Source of the DNA: a virus
Lineage: Duplodnaviria > Caudoviricetes
IMG/VR virus record: IMGVR_UViG_3300046030_000054
Location: 11,952-75,951 of that record
DNA: 64,000 nt
Direction: 5' to 3' (one strand)
Position numbers and translations under genes: made by a program. The notes under the pieces are model-generated. The model saw nothing but the letters and a program-made list of their open reading frames with translations, did no database searches and had not been told where the DNA came from. Below, piece by piece: positions 26,916 through 35,008 of this stretch; within the stretch, counting starts at the first letter, position 1, and each line of letters opens with the position of its first letter.

Positions 26916-27632
26916 TTAGACACAAGGTAGTACCAGTTTAAATAACTTTGGTGGCCGGCCTGACCGCTTTGTTGCGGCGGTACCAACTTCCTTAAACAGT
27001 TTTTGGTGGGTCTTTTTAAAATTAGAATTATCAATTTGATCGACCGTTGTTTGGCGGAAAGTAGCATAAACTTCGCGGGCTTGCCGAAGGGTAAAAGTCG
27101 GTCCTAAGATCTGTAAAATGGTTGGCTGGTAGTCCAGTTTATTTTTAATTCGTACAATGGCCGTATTAATAATTTGGTGGTGGTCAAATGCTAGCGTCGA
27201 CCCTGTAGCCAAACTCAAAACTAAATCACCATTTTGCAAGATAAACTTCCCGTGGTCAAAGTTAAGACTAAACCACACGACTTCGGTTGCTCCGTACCCG
27301 GCCCTCAGTTGCGGCATTGTCGGTAAGAAAGTCATGTAGGCAATCGCCAAGGCCCGCTCACCGCTTACCCGGTCGGGATCGGTGAAGGTTGCCAACTGTT
27401 CGGTAGCACTGTTTGATAGACGAACACCAATTTTATCCTTAATCAGGCGGATACAGGCAGCGTCAGCACTTTCATCCCGCCGCAATAGGGTTTCTGGTAA
27501 AGCCCAGTGGCCCTCAAATGGCGGATAAGCCCGTTTGACCAGCAGGACTTGTGGTAAATGGGTCAGGGAATTAAAACTCCAAATAATATTTGCAATCGTA
27601 ATTAGCGGACGCGCAACAACTTTGTCAGCCAT
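26916..27632 (-). CDS. nrtR: NrtR-family Nudix + winged-helix NAD regulator
   Basis: VLLVKR..PFEGHWALP, EQLATFTDPDR, LAFDHHQI, FTLRQAREVY, DNSNFKK, GRPPKLF; start reset to MADKVV after gaggtg. Confidence 0.88.
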   Translation of the reverse strand: MADKVVARPLITIANIIWSFNSLTHLPQVLLVKRAYPPFEGHWALPETLLRRDESADAACIRLIKDKIGVRLSNSATEQLATFTDPDRVSGERALAIAYMTFLPTMPQLRAGYGATEVVWFSLNFDHGKFILQNGDLVLSLATGSTLAFDHHQIINTAIVRIKNKLDYQPTILQILGPTFTLRQAREVYATFRQTTVDQIDNSNFKKTHQKLFKEVGTAATKRSGRPPKLFKLVLPCV

Positions 27633-27970
27633 CTCTTTCACCTCACAAAATATTATAGCGCCATCAAGAATCACAATAATAAAAAAAGCCAAGGTGGCTT
27701 AGTCTAGTTCTCCAAATTCTCTTCATCCTTACCCATTGACAAAGAGCCCAAATTTTCGATATTTTAACTGAATTAGCATAAATTCAATATTATTTTCGTT
27801 AACTCAATCCTTAGTACCAAACTGACCGATTCATACATACCACAAACGCTACCATATCAAGGCTCACCTCTACTTCCACTATCCTAATTAACACGACCTG
27901 CCAAAATGGAAATTCGTACACACCACTATCAAAATAGGACATTGAACACTCGACCCGCCAGCTCTAAATA

Positions 27971-28018
27971 GAAAAAGTGTACTAATCCCGCTCGTCAAAA
28001 TCAGAATTAGTACACTTT
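27971..28018 (-). terminator. Terminator downstream of the rlmD remnant (possibly bidirectional)
   Basis: 13-bp perfect inverted repeat aaagtgtactaat (27974-86) / attagtacacttt (28006-18). Confidence 0.6.
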
Positions 28019-28056
28019 CAATCAGCTATAAATGCCGTCATACCGGCGTTTATCGG

Positions 28057-28112
28057 CTATTTTTCTGTACGTTCCAGGACAGTAACGCTCTCCACATGCC
28101 ACGAGATCAGTT
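28057..28112 (-). other. att junction containing the 3' end of rlmD/rumA (23S rRNA m5U methyltransferase)
   Basis: 28098-28057 reads HVESVTVLERTEK*. The arms are symmetric about 28097-98: CA|tgtgGAGAgcGTT (minus) and TG|ccacGAGAtcaGTT (plus). Confidence 0.75.
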
Positions 28113-28309
28113 GGTCAATTACACATTCTTAATTAACCGCTACTCTACAAAATTATCTTTGCTTAATCAAAAATATTGTGTTTATTAACTCGCTTTCATA
28201 ATTCCAAATCTTCCCTTACTTTTGAGACGAATAGTAAGTCTCAAGTTATTACCGGTTTGCGGGAACACATAAGTTATAAAAAAGTGATTCAAGATGTTTG
28301 TGGAAAAAG

Positions 28310-28861
28310 CTAATCATTAAAAAACGTTACCAGACTTAATGCTGATCCAATATCCAGGTCAAATGTTTCAGAGTGTGTTGTGCCATCAAAATCCTTTAAA
28401 TCAATTTTTAGCTTAAATGCTGTAGTAGATAGATTAATTTTATCAACGCTATGTCCCTCTACTATTAAACTCTTAATTTTATATGGTAGATTTCTATTTC
28501 TCGTGTTATTTTCACTAACTGCAATAGTAGCCTTATATGATTGACCTGGAGCAATCAATTGATGGTGCATTGCTGAAAATGGATTATTCTTCAATGGTAT
28601 ATATTCACCAGATAAAGACGGGTTCGCTTCAACACTAGTAATATATGTCCCAGTTCCACCAAAATTCTTTATTACTAAATTCCAAAACAAAGATTTCTTT
28701 ATTTGCTGACTCTGTATGTAGGCAATGACATAGGGCTTCCTTGCCTCTTCAAATAATTCTTTAGTTTGTTCCCTATTTTGGTGCGTTTGAAATAGAGCAA
28801 ATCCAGATATAACAAGAGCAATAACGCTTGCTATAGCACTAACAATAGCTGGCCAAGCCAT
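28310..28861 (-). CDS. Hypothetical protein with N-terminal transmembrane helix
   Basis: MAWPAIVSAIASVIALVISGFALFQ..; ATG lies 1 nt after the SNF2 stop. Confidence 0.7.
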   Translation of the reverse strand: MAWPAIVSAIASVIALVISGFALFQTHQNREQTKELFEEARKPYVIAYIQSQQIKKSLFWNLVIKNFGGTGTYITSVEANPSLSGEYIPLKNNPFSAMHHQLIAPGQSYKATIAVSENNTRNRNLPYKIKSLIVEGHSVDKINLSTTAFKLKIDLKDFDGTTHSETFDLDIGSALSLVTFFND

Positions 28862-28862
28862 A

Positions 28863-30755
28863 CTACTTATACCTACCCATGACAATATCCTTAACTTCTT
28901 GTAGATAATCATCAGTATATTCAGGTACAAGCAATTGACCATCAATGGCATCGAGCATAATCTTTTCTTTGTCCTTCAGCTTCTTGTACACTGTACTGTC
29001 AATAAAGCCCATGTGGGCAACATCACCCTTAGTCATCAGATAGTAATACCGAGTATATTGGTTAGCTGGTAATCCCAGACGGTTAATCCGATCACGCGAT
29101 TGAAGCATAAAAGTGAGATTAAAGTTGTATTCAAAGTAAACAGCATCGTGCACCGTCTGATGTAGCGAAATAGATTCACCTAACGTATTAGGGTTAGAAA
29201 CCAATACCCGAGCATCACCAGTACGGAAATTGTTAATCATTCCTTCGCGGTCTTGCTTTGGGGTGGCCCCATAAATCAAGGTAGTTTTAATTCCCATACC
29301 GTTGAGAGTATCAGTGATCTTCTGCATGGTGCCAACAAACATCCCCCAAACAAGGACTTTTTTGCCCTGACTAACTAACTTATCAATTAAGTCAATCCCC
29401 ATCTCAAACTTAGGCGATTTAATCCTTGCTAAATCATACTTCTTGTAAGCCTCACCGCTGCTAACATTCTTTTTTTCAATCTCCGCTGATTGCTTGTCCC
29501 AAATACCAGAATCTCCATCAATTAACCCTAATTCCTTGTAATTGATATTGCTGGCTAACAGAGCTGGATTAGTCGATGCCTGGAGTAGCCTAATAAAGGT
29601 AGCCAACGTCCCATTTTCGGTTTCGTAAATTGCTTGCGACAACATCTGCTGATTCTTTGATGGTTCAACTTCTTTAATAATGTCTGGATCTGGTTTAGGG
29701 ACATGTAGATCTTTCTTGTTGGTCCGCCAAAAAAACGGCGATAATTTCTTATTTACATCTTCTGGATCAATATTGTTCAAAGTTGTTAAATCCCAAGCAA
29801 AGAAGGATGAGTATTCATCAGGGTACATCAGATGTAGGAAGTTATAGATGTCCCTAAAGCCATTCGGAATTGGTGTCCCCGTTAGAACATAGCGGTAGTG
29901 TGGTGTCTGGCTTAAACTCAATGCTGCCTTGGCACGCTGGCCACCGACTCCTTTTACCCGGTGAACTTCGTCAAAGACTAACATAGTTTTGGAATCCAAC
30001 AAGTCATTAATGATGTTCAGCTTACTTTGTAAAGATTCGTAGTTGATGGTGATCACGTCAGCCTGGACCCAGTCGTGCTTAATAGCACCGACATTATTGT
30101 TGTATTTCTTATCCCGCATATTGAGGTAATGCAACTTACGGTTAGGACCAAACACAGCTTCAAATTCTGTCCGCCAAGCAGCAAAAGCGTTCAAAGGTGA
30201 AACAACTAATAGCTTATCCACTTCATTTACTCTGGGGCTAGAAAGATAGGCAAAAGTTCCATACATCATCGCTGTCTTACCAGCACCAGGTACAGAAAAA
30301 TTAGCTGCTCGTTTCATAATGGTCATGAAGAAGCTTGCCTTTTCTTGTTCTGGCTTAAGTGGCCGCGTAATTTCTTGACTAACGATCGCTTTAAAGTTAT
30401 CGAACTCATGTTGCCAACGCGGATCACCATCTTTAATGGTTAAGCCTGCTTGGCTTTGTTCCTTAATATAATACTGACGCTGCTGGACAAACTGATTAAA
30501 CTTATTACTAGTTTGTACTTCAGGCAATCCTTTACGTTGCAAACGTCGATTCAGCTTTTTAACTAGTTCTAGTAATTGAACATAGGTCAAATCTGCTTTG
30601 AAGGTTCGCTGTTCTGGATCGTCAAAGTAGGGAGCGAAGATAGCTAATCCTCGCTGAGCTGTCTTTGACTCCAGCGTATGGTGATTATCATCCAGCAGTT
30701 GAAATAAACCGTCATCATTTTTAATGATGATTGGACTATCTGATTTCGTCTCCAT
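28863..30755 (-). CDS. SNF2-family helicase (defence-associated)
   Basis: NFSVPGAGKT, VFDEVHR, LTGTPIPN, LGESISLH, QSRDRINRLG. Confidence 0.85.
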   Translation of the reverse strand: METKSDSPIIIKNDDGLFQLLDDNHHTLESKTAQRGLAIFAPYFDDPEQRTFKADLTYVQLLELVKKLNRRLQRKGLPEVQTSNKFNQFVQQRQYYIKEQSQAGLTIKDGDPRWQHEFDNFKAIVSQEITRPLKPEQEKASFFMTIMKRAANFSVPGAGKTAMMYGTFAYLSSPRVNEVDKLLVVSPLNAFAAWRTEFEAVFGPNRKLHYLNMRDKKYNNNVGAIKHDWVQADVITINYESLQSKLNIINDLLDSKTMLVFDEVHRVKGVGGQRAKAALSLSQTPHYRYVLTGTPIPNGFRDIYNFLHLMYPDEYSSFFAWDLTTLNNIDPEDVNKKLSPFFWRTNKKDLHVPKPDPDIIKEVEPSKNQQMLSQAIYETENGTLATFIRLLQASTNPALLASNINYKELGLIDGDSGIWDKQSAEIEKKNVSSGEAYKKYDLARIKSPKFEMGIDLIDKLVSQGKKVLVWGMFVGTMQKITDTLNGMGIKTTLIYGATPKQDREGMINNFRTGDARVLVSNPNTLGESISLHQTVHDAVYFEYNFNLTFMLQSRDRINRLGLPANQYTRYYYLMTKGDVAHMGFIDSTVYKKLKDKEKIMLDAIDGQLLVPEYTDDYLQEVKDIVMGRYK

Positions 30756-32028
30756 ACTTACTGAACAACTCCTTACTCAATTGATTTAGATCCCGCATAT
30801 ATTTCTGCAGTTCTTTTAATTGATCTTCACTAACCTCGTTATAACGAAGGCTCCCGATTAGACCACCATCTTCGTTTAAGTCGTGGTAGTACTTCACATT
30901 CTGCTTAATATTACGGATGAATTTATCGACAGACTCACTATTTCGAGCATTCCGCATATAGGTATCAAATGTATCTCCGAAGGCTTCAACCGTATCATTT
31001 TCATCAGTCAAGCTTTGCATTAGATCTGAAGTAGTATGAATTTCATCATCCTGTAGCGATTCTGACAAATCATCAACCATATCTGCTACATCGTCATTAA
31101 AGTCTTCATTGTCAACACTATTAACTACGTTCTTACTGTATTCCCGAATATGGTTACGCGCGGTGTTACCACTAACCCCTACATGAATTTGATACAAAAT
31201 AACTCCAAAATAAGAATTCATAGTTTCATTCTTACGAACCTGTGATTCCGGATCATCACCAAAGTTCTTTGACAAAGATTTTCCCATTTCATAGAAAAGG
31301 GTCCAAACTTTACTTTCCTTGATGATATTGAAGTTATTTTCAGGTGCCCCGATAAATTCTAAGAATTTCTTCATATAGACGGCACCGTCATAATATTTTT
31401 TGACTTCTGTTGGGCGCATATGAGAATCGGCTGCGTAATCAGCCTGGGTCATAATTGGATCATCACCACTGGTAGTTTGGTAAATATCAACAGCTAGATC
31501 AACCGGGTCATAATTTTGCCGTTCCTCAACCCCCATCTGGATGGCCAATTCAAGCTTTTTAATTTTGACACGTTCAGTGGTGTTGTTATATGAGAATGGC
31601 AAAACGACTGCTTCAAAATAAACTGTCTTACCAGTTGATTGATGAATATCACGTAGGGCCGTAAAGCGACGATTACCATCAACAATCCGGCCATCATCAA
31701 GCACGTAGCCATAAACCTGCTGTCCGGATTCGGCAATAGATTTTTTGGTACGCTTAAGCGCTGTCGGATTGTCCTGCTCAATCAGTTTAGCCACAAAGTT
31801 ATTGTATTGCATATCATCCTGATCATTTGCTGGTTGCAGTTCATCTTGATATTGAGAAATACCTGTCGCAATCCGGCCATTTTTATCATTGTAATAAAGG
31901 TATTCCAAGGGAATTTTATAGACATCTAGTGTCTCGGAACTAACTCCGTCAACCTTGATTGGTAGCTTAGGCTTAGCTCCCGTTTTTTCCAATTTTCCTT
32001 CTTTAGCTAATTCAATTAGCGATAACAT
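30736..32028 (-). CDS. ParB/Srx-like N-terminal domain protein
   Basis: IPLEYLYYNDKNGRI and GRIVDGNRRFTAL; long acidic helical C-terminus. Confidence 0.7.
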   Translation of the reverse strand: MLSLIELAKEGKLEKTGAKPKLPIKVDGVSSETLDVYKIPLEYLYYNDKNGRIATGISQYQDELQPANDQDDMQYNNFVAKLIEQDNPTALKRTKKSIAESGQQVYGYVLDDGRIVDGNRRFTALRDIHQSTGKTVYFEAVVLPFSYNNTTERVKIKKLELAIQMGVEERQNYDPVDLAVDIYQTTSGDDPIMTQADYAADSHMRPTEVKKYYDGAVYMKKFLEFIGAPENNFNIIKESKVWTLFYEMGKSLSKNFGDDPESQVRKNETMNSYFGVILYQIHVGVSGNTARNHIREYSKNVVNSVDNEDFNDDVADMVDDLSESLQDDEIHTTSDLMQSLTDENDTVEAFGDTFDTYMRNARNSESVDKFIRNIKQNVKYYHDLNEDGGLIGSLRYNEVSEDQLKELQKYMRDLNQLSKELFSKYGDEIR

Positions 32029-32029
32029 C

Positions 32030-35005
32030 CTAATTCAACTCCCCGTTTTCCAATTTATTAATTAAATCATGCACCTCTTGTTCACTTGTTGCCATCCGGT
32101 AGTAAACACCTGATTCTTTAAGATGATCAAAATATTTCTGCTGAATAATATGAATTTCTTCATCACCCAAGCGCATGTTTTCAGCCTTAGTTTCAATCAC
32201 TAAGTAAATTGGCTTTTTACCATGTTCAATCTTAAAAATGAAGTCTGGTGTAGTTGTTCCATTATCAAAACGTGGAATCTTGATTGCTTTCTTTGGTAAT
32301 TTCCCAAAGACACTAATCTTCGGGCCATACGACCGTTGTAAAATTTTTAATTCTGGATCAGCACTGTCATAACGCAGCGGTGGCCGGTCATACAAGTACT
32401 TTTCATCAGAAGTCGAATCTGACTGGTATACGCCAAGTACGCTAGCCGGAATCGAATCCACAAACTCTTGCTTTTTAGCATTGTAAATCGATGTTGAAGA
32501 TGAAAAGTTCAGTGGTTCATAGCTATAAGAAGTCTTAATTCGTTCATTAAATTGATTGTTAAAAGTGCGAATTAAATTGCCAAGTGTCTTCTCATTGATG
32601 TAGTTAGTATTATTTTTCAAACGCTTAATCGCTTTGATCATCAAATTGTTAAGCAAATTAACCGGTAAATCAGTACCCTTAGCCAAGAGTTTAAGAAATT
32701 TACCATAATTCATGGTTAAGAATTCAGTACTATAATCCGACTGCGTTTCCCGAACGGAAGCCACATTCTCATCAGTTACCACTTCTTGGTGAACCACCTG
32801 CGGCCGTTGCAAAACAAAGATCTTATTATCGCTATCGTTAAAGACGTTCCGGGCAACAGTTTCGGCATCTTGATTAACCGATGGATCAAACTTGATCATT
32901 TGCCGCTTAGCCAATTGCAACCACAAATTCTTCAATTGCTGCCAATTTTGCTTGCGTAGCTTAACATTTGTGCTGTCTTTTGAATTTTTATCTCGAACCT
33001 TATCCTTAGCAACTTTAGTTTCTTGGACTAATTCTGGATAAAGATGACACAACGCATCATAGCCGGTCATCATTTGACCATCTAATTCAACGTTTTCTTT
33101 AAATTTGTTAGAACGAGTAATCACATTATGGGCATCTAAATCATCAAGTAGCTGGTCCTCATCAAACTTAGGATCAGTTTTTTGTTTAGCTTTAACAATC
33201 AGCTTGATCATGTCATCAGTTAATTCTTCTTGGTTCAGTTTTATCGGTGAATCATCATTAATTTCACCTACTAACTTTTGAGCAAAATCTCGTTCATCAT
33301 AACCTATTAAGAAAGATAGACGACTCTGCCACTCATCCTGATTCAAACGGTGACCAGTTTCATCAACTGGAAGCCGTAAACCACGACCAACTTCCTGAAT
33401 CTTACTAATTTCGGAACCGGAAGTACGTAACTTGGCAATTGTGAAAACATTTGGATTATCCCAACCTTCACGCAGCGTCCACTTTGAAAAGAGGAAGCGA
33501 CGAGTTAGCCAGTTACCATCTTTATTCTTAAAGCTGAGCAGTTTTTCCTTATTACTAAGAATATCCTCAACTTCAGCTTGAATATCAGCATCTGAACTGC
33601 CGCGATCTTCACTAAAGTAGCCAGCATATACGTCCTGATGTTCTGACTGCAAGCTCCTTAAAGTAGCTTGTAAGAATGAACAATAATCTTTTTCTCGATC
33701 ATCAATTGCCATCTCATACCGACCAATCAGTCTATTTAATTTTTCAGTTAAAAGTCGTTCAAATTCTTTGGCAAGCCAGCCTTTACTGCTATTTTCCCCT
33801 CGAAAGCTTGAAATACTATCAATGAAAAACAAGGACAAGGTTTTTATTTTAGGCGCATTATCCCCAGAGTTAGGACGTAGAAAATTTTCCTCTTCGGCCT
33901 TAAAGTGGCAGTCCAAGGCTTGCGAAATAATCTCTTTCTGGTAACTTTGCGCGAAAGTGCCCGGGATTAATTTCATGTCTTTAGCCAGCGCTAATCCATT
34001 AGATAACTCACGATCCGTGCCACCGGCATAAGTAATATCTCCTTGAAAGCCTGGATCGACATCTGCAAGGTTTTCACCAACACCTAGAGAATATTCTTTT
34101 TTTCCTTGGGAAAGGATCAATTCTTTAGCTTTAACCTGTTTAACCTTGTACAAGTTGCTTGCTTGCTCTTCTGGCATATCTGGGTAATCGATATCGATTC
34201 CCTTAACTAAACCTTGATTAAAGCTATCGACGGCATCCAAGTTGAACTGAGGTTCACCACGGTAATAATCAATCTTAGTAACCTTGTTTTTGCCACGCCC
34301 ACTTGTTGTTTCCGGGAAAGTAGCTCCAAAACGGACAATTAATTGGGGCTTCATTGCTTTAATATCTTCGTAAAACTTTTTACCCCGTGGGAATCGCTGC
34401 GGCTCGTCAATAATGACTACAGGTCTAGTTGCCGCAATGGCTTTAATTGGTGAAGTTTCGCCACCAAGCAAAGTCTGATCATAATCATCACGGTGCATGG
34501 ACTTAGAATGAAGCATCCCTTGATTAACCAGCAGCACCTCAATTTGATTAGTATTCTGTCTAGTTGACTCCACAAATTCAGATAGCTGTGCCGGGAAGTT
34601 ACGTCGCCCTGAACGTGCACTAAAATCGCCTGCGTTAATGACGTTTAATTGCACCCTGGTATTTTCATAGAATTCACTAAAATGCTGTTTAGCATAATCA
34701 CTGGTAATGAAACTACGAGTACCTTCTTTAATACTTGGACTGGGCACTGCAATGACAAACTTAAAGAGCCCATACTTTTGATGTAATTCATACATCATCC
34801 GGGTATAAACATAGGTCTTCCCTGTACCTGTTTCCATCTTTATGTCAATATTAGCTTTATCGTTGTAGCGGTACTTAATCAGCGGATTGGCATAGATGTA
34901 GTTTGCATTGGGATCATTACTCATCGTATCCATTCCAGGAAAAGATTTATCAATGGCAGCCAGAGCGTCAGTTTGATGCTGTAAAGTTTCTAGTTTAATC
35001 TTCAT
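32030..35005 (-). CDS. res: Type III restriction endonuclease
   Basis: METGTGKT, IIDEPQR, TLREGWDNPN, QEVGRGLRLP; C-terminal PDF..VIETK nuclease. Confidence 0.93.
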   Translation of the reverse strand: MKIKLETLQHQTDALAAIDKSFPGMDTMSNDPNANYIYANPLIKYRYNDKANIDIKMETGTGKTYVYTRMMYELHQKYGLFKFVIAVPSPSIKEGTRSFITSDYAKQHFSEFYENTRVQLNVINAGDFSARSGRRNFPAQLSEFVESTRQNTNQIEVLLVNQGMLHSKSMHRDDYDQTLLGGETSPIKAIAATRPVVIIDEPQRFPRGKKFYEDIKAMKPQLIVRFGATFPETTSGRGKNKVTKIDYYRGEPQFNLDAVDSFNQGLVKGIDIDYPDMPEEQASNLYKVKQVKAKELILSQGKKEYSLGVGENLADVDPGFQGDITYAGGTDRELSNGLALAKDMKLIPGTFAQSYQKEIISQALDCHFKAEEENFLRPNSGDNAPKIKTLSLFFIDSISSFRGENSSKGWLAKEFERLLTEKLNRLIGRYEMAIDDREKDYCSFLQATLRSLQSEHQDVYAGYFSEDRGSSDADIQAEVEDILSNKEKLLSFKNKDGNWLTRRFLFSKWTLREGWDNPNVFTIAKLRTSGSEISKIQEVGRGLRLPVDETGHRLNQDEWQSRLSFLIGYDERDFAQKLVGEINDDSPIKLNQEELTDDMIKLIVKAKQKTDPKFDEDQLLDDLDAHNVITRSNKFKENVELDGQMMTGYDALCHLYPELVQETKVAKDKVRDKNSKDSTNVKLRKQNWQQLKNLWLQLAKRQMIKFDPSVNQDAETVARNVFNDSDNKIFVLQRPQVVHQEVVTDENVASVRETQSDYSTEFLTMNYGKFLKLLAKGTDLPVNLLNNLMIKAIKRLKNNTNYINEKTLGNLIRTFNNQFNERIKTSYSYEPLNFSSSTSIYNAKKQEFVDSIPASVLGVYQSDSTSDEKYLYDRPPLRYDSADPELKILQRSYGPKISVFGKLPKKAIKIPRFDNGTTTPDFIFKIEHGKKPIYLVIETKAENMRLGDEEIHIIQQKYFDHLKESGVYYRMATSEQEVHDLINKLENGELN

Positions 35006-35008
35006 GGC

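Larger units (their letters stand above)
1..28098. mobile_element. Element A: tail-less phage-like integrative element (left end outside window), right end at rlmD/rumA-type att
   Basis: Complete replication, head/packaging, lysis and dual serine recombinase modules, then cargo, then an rlmD 3'-end remnant at 28057-28098. Inclusion of the pnc genes in the element is inferred from synteny. Confidence 0.8.
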
